NCBI GenBank assembly: GCA_036867785.1 | Contig: CP145425.1 | Span: 248,001-312,000 of the forward strand | DNA from: Plasmodiophora brassicae | Taxonomy: Eukaryota | Length of the DNA stretch: 64,000 nucleotides | Direction: 5' to 3' | In this document: positions 25,133 to 36,293 of the stretch, piece by piece | Position numbering within the stretch: the first letter of the stretch is position 1 | Layout: every line of letters starts with the position of its first letter | The notes under the pieces: generated by a model | Told to the model about the DNA's origin: nothing | What the model saw: only the letters and a program-made list of their open reading frames with translations | Database searches by the model: none | Translations under genes and position numbers: made by a program

Positions 25133-27554
25133 CTACAGCCTGAGCCTTGCCAGAGTTCGGACAACGGTGCTGGTCCAGGAGGAACCTCGTCGCAGGGCGA
25201 CTGGCTGTGAACTGAACCGGCAGCGCCCGTTCACAGGAGGGGCTTGCCAGGGTCGCGTAACAGGAGCCGGTTGTGCGGTAGGCGAGTGACGTTGGTCTCG
25301 GCGAGCGCGCCGCCCGACGTGTTGCATTCGTTCCAGATCGGTTCGGAGATGGGATGGTCTGGCCAGGCGCTCATCGGGGACAGTCGCTGCGCTCGCGCCC
25401 GCAAGGCGACCAGGGGCGGCTTCGGCGAACGGATCTTCACCAGCATGGTCAAGGGCGCCCGGTCTCCGTTCGTTGCCTTCACTACTGCTGATCTCTGGCC
25501 GGGCCTCTCTTGACGGCGCTCCGCTAAATCCATACCGACGTGACGCCGCTTCCGACAGGGATCTGTTGCTGCGGTGCTTGCGCGGCGGTTCGATAACCGC
25601 CTCCCAGGGTTTGCACGTGCCGAGCATGTCGTAGGCCCTCCGAATCTCCCTCTCGATACGTTCCGCAGTCGCCTGAATCAATATCAGGGCCCAACGAAGG
25701 CAGAACTGATGCGGTTCCTGACCGCGGACACGTTCCGCGCGACGTTGTCGTTTCGGTCGAACGGGTCGGCGATGCAAAAGCTGATGTGCTGGTTGTCGTG
25801 GAACATGGTGACCCGGTCTTCGATGTGGGACGGGGCCGGGCGTGGCTCTCCTTCGCGAATGCACACGACTTGCTGCGTCGGACTGCACTCGGTGCTGTAG
25901 AACTCGAACATGGAGTAGAGAAGCTGACCTGGCGATGGGAGTAGTTAGGACACACGCCATCGCGGCTGGCGTACTGTGCCTGCACGGTACCAATTGAGTC
26001 CTGGTTCCGGGAACGCCATTTCATGAACGAGTCCGACAGGAACGGGTTCGTTGATTCCTGATCCGTCTTCGCCAGGGCCGCAGCGACGACTTCGGGCGCC
26101 ACCAAACGCTGCGCGTTTGGCAGAATCGGCGGGTGGCAGCACTGCAGGAACTGGATCGCAAGAAGTGTGAAGCCGAACGCGCTCAGCGACCCTTTGTGCG
26201 CTCGGGCAACCAGGCGGTGCTTGCCCCACAGCTGTGGCAGCGCTTGGGACGGGATTTCATAAGTACCATGACGAACGGCCTACCTTGACTGCGGCAATAA
26301 GTCGTGGTACACGAGAATCCTTCTGAGCATACGCGCTCAGTAGCCAGGTCTTCAGACGGTTGTTGTCGTTCGATTCTATGATGGAGATGTCGCAGTCGAT
26401 GTCCGTTTCCCGATGATGCAATTCAACAATCGGTGTTCGAGCTAACACAGATTCAGGCTCTAAACTAACAGCATCCGTTTACATTGGTGTCCTACCGTGC
26501 TGAATCAGATCTGTTCTTCCAAGGTATCGCCGCCGTAGTACCCTCCACCAGGCTCTGCAACATAAAGCACTCAGGATAACGATAGCACAATGCCAATGGC
26601 ACGTACCGAAGCACTGCGTCACGATCATTGACCCTGCCTACAAGGCCAATGTCCAGGTCGGATGACTTTGTGGACAGGTTGCAGGACACGGAGCCGAACA
26701 GTGCCATTCGAAGGCCTACGTCGGCTCCATTCGCGTCACTTAGCGCTTGCTGAGTTCGCTTCTCCTGGAGTATCGTTCTGATCTCCTCAAGAACCTAATT
26801 TTCAACACTGAATGTTGTTCCCGCTGATATGACGACGTAGCACCTTAGAACGACGGGCCGCAGTCTCCTCACATGGGGATACGTCGTCGTACCAGGTTTC
26901 AACAGCATCGGCTACACCCATCAATCCGACAGCGACATCGTCTTCGGAGCAATGCGACGCGCCGGAAGACGCCTGCAACCCATTCCTCAGGAAAGAAGCG
27001 CTACACAAACTGTAGATGACGATACCCTGGGTCGTGGCAGTTGCCTGATCAAGAACGCCTGAACCTTTGTCAGAACCTTCACAGTGCGATTAATGTGGTT
27101 TGCGTATACCTTCCTCTCACTAATGCTCTGGAGCGGGTTCACCCGAGCGACGAGGTCGCCGACCCTCAACCGATCAAACACAAGCGCTCGCAGCATCGCA
27201 TCATTGTCCTGAAACTCGACCGTCGCCGAGACGCGCAGTTGTCGGGTCCTCATTGGAGTAAACGTGACGCGTACAATCCGGTCCGATAGACCAGTGAACA
27301 TTGACCTGATCAGGTCCTCGGTGGCATCGCCAGGCAGCGGACGAACGAACAGTGATACGCCCTGGAATCGTTCGGCAAACGCGATTCATAAGATGGATCC
27401 GCACAGAGTACCTCCGGGGCTAAAGGTTCATTCAGCAGCGTCCATGTAGGTTCCGACCTCGGGTCCTCCTGCGAAGCGAGCAGCAAATCACGCGATGCCT
27501 CGTGGTTGATCTCGCGTCACCATAACGTACCAGAGAAGACGCGTGATCACCCAT
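25133..27554 (-). CDS. RRM + Cid1/TUT-family terminal nucleotidyltransferase (copy 2, tandem paralog)
   Basis: RRM SLFVRPLPGDATE..ATVEF. LFGSVSCNLSTKSSDLDI, ARTPIVELHH..DCDISI, GSLSAFGFTLLAIQFLQ, CIADPFDRNDNVARNVS. Start inferred through two short 5' exons; the 3' end is uncertain. Confidence 0.85.
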
Positions 27555-27892
27555 TTTACACGTTGACAAGTCTGGCCCTCCCCCGTCAACATTCTGCACG
27601 ATGCGCAAGTCACACACGTGCTCAAGCAGCAAACCATCAAACACCAAACATCGTCGCGGTTCCAGGCCTGCCGACGCGCCTGTCAACTCAGCCATCACTG
27701 AACAGCGGTCCCGTTTTTGATGAAATCATCGCCCTCACCTGCTTCATATCGGCATACAACGAATCGAGACCACCCCTGGCCATGACGGCGTTGATGATGA
27801 TCGATTGCACAGAGGACTCGCGAGTCGCGGCGCGGGTTCCGGCCTCCGGGTCCGTCAATGACGCGAGCGGGTAGCTTCACACGTTACGCGGA

Positions 27893-28075
27893 CTTATTCC
27901 CGAGACTGATCCCCAGACTGATCCCGAGACTGATCCCGAGACTGATCCCGAGACTGATCCCGAGACTGATCCCGAGACTGATCCCGAGACTGATCCCGAG
28001 ACTGATCCAGAGACTGACCCCGAGACTGACCCCGAGACCGATCCCGAGACTGATCCCGAGACTGATCCCGAGACT
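27893..28075. repeat. 12-bp tandem minisatellite (ACTGATCCCGAG), about 15 copies
   Basis: Directly visible: 14 full units at 27905-28072 plus a degenerate first unit, with a few point variants. Confidence 0.97.
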
Positions 28076-28178
28076 AAACCAGCGGTTCTTCCGGGACAGG
28101 CATCAACGATCAGGCCGTCGTTCCCCGTGTCAGATCCGATATTATTGGAAGAACCGGTACACCGTGTAAGTATTGAGA

Positions 28179-28742
28179 ATGAAGGTGGACATGCAAGCGA
28201 CCGCGCAAGCGTACCAGACCATGTTGCGGAGCAGCAAGCCTGGCGTGAAGGTCTTGGGCTTGCTGCGCCCGCTGGCACAGGTGCTGATCCCCCTGATGGT
28301 GATCGCGCTGTGGTGGTGCGCTGGTGAACTCGCAGACGATAGGGCACCTGATAAGGTGCAGGATGCGATCCGCAAAGTGCAGTTCATCTTGGTCTGGTGG
28401 TCGTTTCTTTACATTGCCCTGTGGGTTCTGTTAATGCTCGCGACGTCTTCCGAGACAATGTTGGCGTGGGCGGCGGCAACATCTGCTGTCATGTCGCAAT
28501 GTAGCATGCTGCTGGCGATTAATAACGGAAACGGCCAGAGTGATTGCGGAACCATGGTTGCCACCATTGGCGGTATTCTGACGTTCGCGCTGTCCGGAAT
28601 CGCTGCACTCATCATTTTCCAGCAACAGCATCTTGAAACGGGCCAGGCTTCGGCCGCGATTGGCGCCGCTCCTGAGTACCCGCCAGACCTCAATGACAAG
28701 GTGACATCCATGTACGCCGTTACCGACAATTCTGCTGCGTAA
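28179..28742 (+). CDS. Hypothetical multi-pass (about 4 TM) membrane protein
   Basis: Intronless ORF with hydrophobic stretches VLIPLMVIALWW, FILVWWSFLYIALWVLLML, MLAWAAATSAVM..MLLAI, TIGGILTFALSGIAALIIF. Confidence 0.6.
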   Translation: MKVDMQATAQAYQTMLRSSKPGVKVLGLLRPLAQVLIPLMVIALWWCAGELADDRAPDKVQDAIRKVQFILVWWSFLYIALWVLLMLATSSETMLAWAAATSAVMSQCSMLLAINNGNGQSDCGTMVATIGGILTFALSGIAALIIFQQQHLETGQASAAIGAAPEYPPDLNDKVTSMYAVTDNSAA

Positions 28743-29265
28743 ACGCAGTTGTCAATACATATTTGGACCTGTCGTATGTCCGACCAGAAAGGTTTTTGTG
28801 GTGCCCTTGGAAAAGGCGAAACCTGACAAAGTGAGGGGCGGAGCATCATTTCAGCAGAAATGCATGTGAAGAAACGGACGATTCTGAAGGAGGCAGCGAA
28901 CAATGGTAATTGCTTAAGAAGACATGGCTGAGGTTTGGAACAAATTCATCAACAATCGATGATGACGAGTCGCGGTCTGCGGTAGGGCGCACGTCCAACC
29001 GGTGGCAACCGCGGCGGTCTTTCGTGTCAGAGAGCGAAAGGTGACTTCGGCTATGGCTATGGTGGAAAACCTGTCTGTGAGCCACGAGACAGCACTGAAC
29101 CTGCAGGCATTTCAACCGCTCGAATATACCTATATACCAGGGGACACGCTCCGCCATCAAATCAGACTCGACGTATCTGGGGACATCGGTGACGTTCAGT
29201 ACACTGCAGTGATAAACTTACTGGCATGGTTCCCAGCTTCGCTAGGCCGGTTTGAATGCGAGCGC

Positions 29266-31711
29266 TCAGACCAATGCGTTTGTAGTTCTGCCATTGGGGG
29301 AACACAGGAAGCAGGAACCCGAGACGGGCGCTCCTATGGCGACTGGCACCACGCCGCAGTTCGATGACAAGATGCCCGTGAACGTCATTGTCGTCGCCCC
29401 CAGCTTCATGAAACACATGCCAGTACGTGTGTATATACATGGCCGTAAACGAGAGGGATACAGTCTGTCGCTGGCAATGTATTTCGCGGTCATGTAGCTG
29501 ATCGCATAGTTCGTGATCATGGGATTCACACCGGACGACGTAGGGAACACGGATGCATCTGCGACGAACAGGTTGGTGCACTCCCAGACCTCACCATGCG
29601 GCGACACAACGCCGTCGTCAGGCGATGCGCCCATCCGACACGTCCCCATTTGGTGGGCGGAGAACAGGTCGGTGTCGAGGTTATGCACGCCATGCCGGCT
29701 CACGTTGGCGATAAATCTCTCCACGTCGGGGTCGTTAATCTCACGTGAACGCGGGAACAAAGCACCGACGCTGCCTTGCGATGTTCGAACCTCGTTCGCG
29801 CCTAGTTGCAGCGGATTCAGCAACACGAATGGCATCGGTTGGGTAACGCGTACCTGCAGCGACAAGAACCTTGACGGCGTGGATGAGCCCGTCAGTGACA
29901 CTTTCCCCATCGAAGGGGCTGACGTTAAAGTCGATCTGTGGCTGTCCTTCTTCATCGACGCTCACGGACGCATCGCGATCGCGATCGCGAACAAGGGAGA
30001 TGACGGGCAGCGCGTGCTTGAACCTGGCAAAGTCACGCTTGTGCTGCGCCGACGATGACCATTGCAGCAGCGTTGCGAATAGCCCCGGGTGCATCATCGG
30101 GATTTCAAGCTTCGCTCCATAGTGCTGCCCATCTTGGTTGCCGGCGACGTTCGACAACGCCGTCATGATGCTGCCATCCCAGGTCCTGATCTCTTCGTCA
30201 AAGAGCCCAACGGCAACAGCGACTGGGTGCACCCCGAAGTGCTTCCCAATATGACGATTGGACAGGCCGGAACGAAGCAGCAGCGCTGGCGAATGCAAAG
30301 ACCCTGGCGGAGAGGTGCAAACGGATCAGATCGCGCAAGTGGTGATCAGCACCAGTTACCTGCGGAACAGACGACGATCGCAGATCGAACGACGATTGGC
30401 GGCCCGTTCCTGATAGAACACTCGATGCCGACGGCAGTGCCGTTCTCGATGACGACTCGGCTGACCATGCACTCCTGGACGAACTTGGCACCCGCGTCAC
30501 GCGCATCGCAAAGCCACGACTCGGGGCCGCTTTGCTTGACGCCGGATGGGCATCCCAGCCCACAGAACCCGCACCGGTGCTCCTTCAGGCCCGTGTTCTG
30601 GGGAATGCTTTGGTGATGGAATCCGAGACGTTGACAGGCATCGAGCATCTTCATGTTGCTCACGTTATGGACCGTGAACGTGTCGCTTACGCCCATGCGA
30701 TTGCAAACGGCGTCGACCGCGTCCTGGAATTCGACACTGAGAAACGAGGGAAGGTCGTGCTTCTTCGCCCATTCTTCCCGGAGCCAGTTGGGCGGTCGTA
30801 GGCTGGCAGACCAGTTCACGGCTGTGCCTCCGCCAAACGTCGACCCGGCGAACAGAAGCAGGGCGCCGTTCTCTGACGCCAGGAGACCCTCTCGTTCGAA
30901 CATCTTCTCCATTGCATCCTGCTCGATCAGCGCATGCTGGTCGCTTTGGTAGTACTTGCCCTTCTCGACGACAAGAACAGACTTACCCGCCTGTGCTAAA
31001 ACCGATGCGCAGACCGACCCACCCGCACCTGATCCCACGATTATGACATCGAAGTGGGCACCTCGTAAAGCGTCTTCGCCCAGGAATTCGTACTGGGGTG
31101 GCGTACGTTTGGGAATTGCGGAGCGAACCAGGTCGGGACCTGGGTACCTACGTGAATCAAACGGCAGATGGTTGGAAACGACACTTATGCAGGGTATTGG
31201 GCGTACCCGATCTCGGCCCAAATCGAGGTCGGTGGGTTCATGTACACATGCGTCATCGACATGATCTTCAGAACGCGATACAGAACTATCAGGTTAGGGA
31301 CCGGTGACTGCCATCAACAATGACTTCGCAAGTGCAAGAAGGGGGAAACCCGCCAAGTGAACGCACCGTTGAAAACAGGTTCAGAAGCCTGGTCCTGCGT
31401 TCAAGCGACAGCAACGCGAACGGCGAGAACATGGTGCCACCGGATACAACCAGGATCCCGTACGAGTTCGACAGGATCGCAAGGCCCAGGATAAACTGTC
31501 TATACGCGCGCCGGTTCAACTTGCGTCGCATGCTAGCCACCACGGCCGTCGCCGACTGGACCGACGACCCCGACAACTTCAGCAACGACGTCCCGCCCTC
31601 ATGTTCAGGCGCCACAAACGTGTCCAGAACGGCGACGACTGTCGCCAGTTCGCCCGGGGTCGGGTCCCGACCAACTTCACCGACGACGTATCGCGCAATC
31701 CAATCGTCCAT
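29266..31711 (-). CDS. Long-chain fatty alcohol oxidase (GMC oxidoreductase)
   Basis: FDVIIVGSGAGG..VLVVEKG, AGSTFGGGTAVNWSAS, CGFCGLGCPSGVKQ, SAHQMGTCRMG, LFVADASVFPTSSGVNPMIT. The exact 3' end is uncertain. Confidence 0.9.
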
Positions 31712-32628
31712 TCGAGCAAGATTTTAAGTACGAGGTGGTCCGCCTCCCCCGTAACGGTTTCGCACGTTTTTCTGCGTCCTCGCTGGGCGGCAAAGCCGGC
31801 GGGACCGATGGAATCGTTCGGGAAGCGTGGACGGCACCAACAGGTGGGTCTTTGTTCTGTTGCTGGTACCACCGATGGCCATACACACGCAGCAGACGTG
31901 GAAGGTCGACAACGTTGTGACGCATACGCCGTCCAGGTTGAGGCGGTCGGCTGGATTCACCTCGTCTTCACACTGGTTTGACCCGTTCTTGGGTCCGCCC
32001 TAAGTCCCTGACCTAACCCCACTTGCGTCAACGACACTGAGCCGCGAGCCTCGGCGTCAAACAGTATGGCGGAAAGGGTAACCCGTACTAGTACCTGCGT
32101 CTTCCAGGTAGGTATTTCCCTCGACGACGGAGCCTTTGCGCCGGGCCGTAGCAGCCGAAGCCCTGATCGGTGCAACCCCTTAGACGCCTGTCGACTCTCA
32201 ATGACAAGACAATCATACATATCCGCCTGCAAAAGACGACATGTGAAGCGGAAGAAATCGAACGGGTGGCACATTCGTTAGCACTTCCATCGCGAAGAAT
32301 CTGGACCACGTGAAAACGCGCACCGACTCCATGACCGAGATCTTGGAGACGGATACACACAGCTACTTCGGCATGGTCACGTTCGACGACGGGAGTCACT
32401 TTTATCCCGACGTGAGAACATGGGGTGCTTCAACCACTTCGGCCAGACGTAACACAGGCCGCCAAGGCCGCCGGGATGAATCTCGCGACTTCAACCCACC
32501 AAACACGAACCCCGACGAGGATATCCGCTGGAAGAAGTACGGCTCCTCGACGCACGCAACGGCGTCTCCCTAATAGGCCCGTTTCATTCCGATGTCTCGC
32601 GACACATCATACGTTAAGTAAACCCCGA

Positions 32629-32684
32629 GTTCAACGACATGAACGTCACGCTCCTACGGCGTCGTGACGTTCATGTCGTCGAAC
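32629..32684. repeat. Hairpin: 22-bp inverted repeat with a 12-nt loop
   Basis: GTTCAACGACATGAACGTCACG ... CGTGACGTTCATGTCGTCGAAC, one mismatch. Confidence 0.9.
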
Positions 32685-33659
32685 AGTTTACATAACGCAA
32701 GATAGTATCGCAAGGAATCGGAATTAATGAAGCGGACCTGCCTAGGGAAAAGCGGTCGGGTGTGTTGAGGGGACGCGCTCCTTTGTACGGACGTTGACAA
32801 ACGCGTTCGTGCTAGAGGATTGAAGTCGGAACCTTCATTTGGCGGCCTTACGTCTGGTTGAAGCGCTCCATGTCCTCGCGAAGAGATTCGTCGTGATAAA
32901 AGTGGCTCCCGTCGACGAACGTGACCGTGCCGACTGTGCCGAAGTAGCTGAGTATGGATGCGTCTCGAAGATCTGCCACGTCTGGAACCGGTGCACGTTT
33001 CAACATGTTCAGTGCCAGCACCGCCTCATTGATGCCGCAAACCTGTTTGAACCAGCCGAAGGCTGCGCGAAGAGCACGTTCTGCTTGCTGGCGGCCGCCG
33101 CATGAATGTGTTGGTAGTACACTTTCCCATCGATTTCGAAATATTATGGTCGTCTTGCCCGAGCACGATCGAACGCAGTTCGTTGATGCCCTCGGGACCA
33201 TCTTCGGCACCGGAGCCGCGAGCGTTTATCCAGAATCATGACAGCGCGAGCGACGTTCCAAGTAACAACAATGTGCGTTTCTGACAGGCTCTTGTAGCCA
33301 AAGGGCGACACGAGACACGTGGTGGCAGCTGGGCCCGAGGCAACGGGAATCTACGAAGTATGATCGGATCGGACGTTCAGAGAGGGAGGTGTTGCGCCAG
33401 TCGCGAATCCCCGAGCTGCCGACTGATCCGCGCGTGCGGACGTATTTTCCGGCACGCAGTGGACCCAATTAGGGGTACTCTAGGGCCCCTGAGTTAGAGC
33501 GCATCGGATTCGTGAGTATGGCACGGCCTCGTGATTGTAATCTCGTGATTACAGCCAGCCAGCGACAGCACACAAGTGCAAGGTCCTGGGAAATGACCTG
33601 GTTCCATACAATTGGCCTTTCGCTGCAGCCAGACGCCGTGTCACAAACCGACGAATGTA

Positions 33660-35773
33660 TTAGGAGTGGTTGGATCGGGAGTGCATGCAAACACAGCAGA
33701 TCTTCGGGTTGAACGCGTTGGGCTGGAACGAGGAACACGAGCACCCTGCATGGGTGCATGCATCGGGCATGCAGGTCGCCGACGGGATCGTCCCTCTCAG
33801 CGCTGCAGTGGCGAGGATCACCTGTTGCAGCTGGGACGACGTTGCCCGAGGGCGCCCTTCGATCGGTTCGGTCAGCGATCGCCGAAGCGTCGCCGCCGGT
33901 GGAGCCGTCTTAACCCAACGCGTCGACCCGTTCGCTTCGTCTATCGTTCTTGTCCAGCCGGATCGATCGCATTGGCTCGCACGCGAAGACGTCGCAGTGA
34001 ACACGATGCCAGCGTCGTCGGATGCGGTGACGGTTTCACCGTTAGGAGTCAGCGCGCTGATACAGGGCTGGCACACTCGCATGGTGACAGCAACCGCCTC
34101 CGAATCGGTGCTGTCGTCGCACACCGACTTCCGCACCGCTGAATGGATCTCGGAACACCGACCGCAGATGGGCACTTGACACAACCCGCACTCGTACCTC
34201 CTGCATCGTCGAAACACGCCACCGAACGCAGCTATACGAAAGTCAGGACCCCCTTCCTAGCCCAGAAGCAGTAACCAACAATCCTACTTTCGCAAGCAGT
34301 GCAGTGAGTCGCCTTCTTCTTGACTGGGCGTTTCTCTTTTGAGTCCTCTGTTTCAGTGTTGGCTGTGGTCGACGTCGTTGTCGTTGTGCTCGTGTCCTCC
34401 GACTCGGGTTCAGCGGGGTCCAAAGGTTCCGGGTCCGGTTGCTGTTCCGCGGGTGCCACAATGTGTGCCCTGGTTCGACAAAGTCAGTCACACGTTCTGC
34501 GTTGACAATATGAACACAGCAGACCTTGCCGCAGCAGCGTCCTTCAACAGTTTGATCCAATCTGTCAGATGCTCCTGCGTCTGGCACTGGAACGTGAACA
34601 ATTTCGTAAACCTTGTTATCCGGAAGCCCAACTCGCGATCGTCCATCTCTTCCACCTTCCATTTTTCGTCAGACAGCGCTTCCGATAGCGACAGAATTAG
34701 GCACCAACAGAAAACTGATCGTCAATAGGAAGCAGCGTGTGGACAGACAGCGACGCCGACAGCGAGAGCAGGTTATGCAGTGAAGATTGTGCCACAACCA
34801 GCAGGTCGTTAAACAGGTAGACGTACGCGTTCGGGATTGTATCGCAGGTCAGCTGCCCCTCGTGAAGGAAGTGCCTCCCGGGTTCAATCAGAACGCATCC
34901 GTTCAGCCGACGTTGAATCTCGACGATGTACGCCGTCGTCTGCTGCGAACGCATGGCCTAGCACCAAACGACGTTAATTGCCAGTCCGGTTGAGTATCCG
35001 TCAACGACAACCACCTCGTTGATCTTGGTGGCAACCTGAGCAATAAGGTCCAGGGCCCTGCTCAGAACGCTAAAGTCAGGGTGGTCCGAGTCGGTGTACT
35101 TGATGAGGTTCTCGAGCAGCAGGCGGTAACGCGGGATCCGCTGAACGGGAACGATCATGAACGACTCCAACGGTTTCATCCCGCACCGTGGGTCGCTGCG
35201 GCACTGTTCCAGGACCTTCCGCCACGACTTGCTCTTGCCGATCTTCTCCATGAGGAACTGCGACCCGAGCTCGTACTGACCCGTGTACGCCGTGTACATT
35301 CGCATGAACGGGACACAGTTCAGGAGGATGTCGCCGAAGCACACGCTGTCGTCCCAGTGGCCGATTCGGTCGGTCAGGTCGGAGAAGAAGGTTCGGTGCA
35401 GGCCAAGGATGATGGTGACGTTCTGGAACAGGTCCTGCAGGATGCCGAGGTCCAGACCGGCACCGGACAACGCCGGGTAAAAGATATCCAGCATGATGGT
35501 CAGCTGCTCGATGTACGACTCCTCGGTCGACAGGATCTCTTTGCAGATCATTGCTCTCATGCGGGACCGCTCGGCTTCTGCAACCGAACGGGAATCAGAT
35601 TCGACAGTTTACGGCCGGGAACGGATTACGCTCCCCACAGCACCTTTCGATTCGGCGGGAGGGGGAGGCAACGAGCAGTCGTCGCAGGAGTACATGGAGA
35701 CCATGGCCTCCGTCGACACCTTCGGGATCGGCGGCAGAGGTCGCGTCGGTCGCGAGTTCACCGACATCGTCAT
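33660..35773 (-). CDS. FGD-like RhoGEF: DH-PH-FYVE-like + C-terminal Cys/His motif
   Basis: DH: EILSTEESY, LESFMIVPVQRIPRYRLLL, VATKINE. PH: FLHEGQL..YVYLFNDLLVV. FYVE-like: HCTAC..RRYECGLCQVPICGRCS..RVCQPC. Confidence 0.9.
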
Positions 35774-36293
35774 CGTTCCAGGGGACGCTGGACGACCACC
35801 TCCAGCGCTTCTGCAGCTTCGGGCCTCGGGTCTATCCAGATTTAGATCAAACTGGTCCGCTATTTCGGTCGTCTCCGCTGCCCCTGGCAGGCAGTGCAGA
35901 TCGCAACTGCGAGGTCCTCTCGGCTGTGCCCATTCCCGGATTTGACGGCCCTCTCTGGACGAATCATGGCGTCGCCGTGATGGGCACGCACCTCGTAATG
36001 AATCGGCACTCCGACTGCCCTGAACAGCCTTCTTGTTGCTCGAATGTACCTGTTTAACATGATCGGTGCTGGGGACTTTCCTGGAAATATGCTACGAAGT
36101 CCCGATCGCTGCCAGTAGTTTCTTCCGGCGAATAGTGATCAGACGAGCATCGGCTTCGTAGAGCGCACTTATTGAAAACGTTTTCAGGATTGGCGCGCGG
36201 GAACCCGAAGCACGGACGCAGCGGTGGTGTACTGCGCCTGGCCTCAAAACGTAGTGCCGATTGTTGGGCGGATCGTCGCCGAACATCGTCGTC

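Noticed and set aside
27858-28347. LIPR / VSGS repeat ORFs, or a CRISPR-like array
   Set aside because: These are translations of a head-to-tail 12-bp minisatellite. There are no spacers and no cas genes, and the context is eukaryotic.
28760-29400. Short plus-strand ORFs near the alcohol oxidase 3' end
   Set aside because: No recognisable motif, and they overlap the uncertain oxidase tail.
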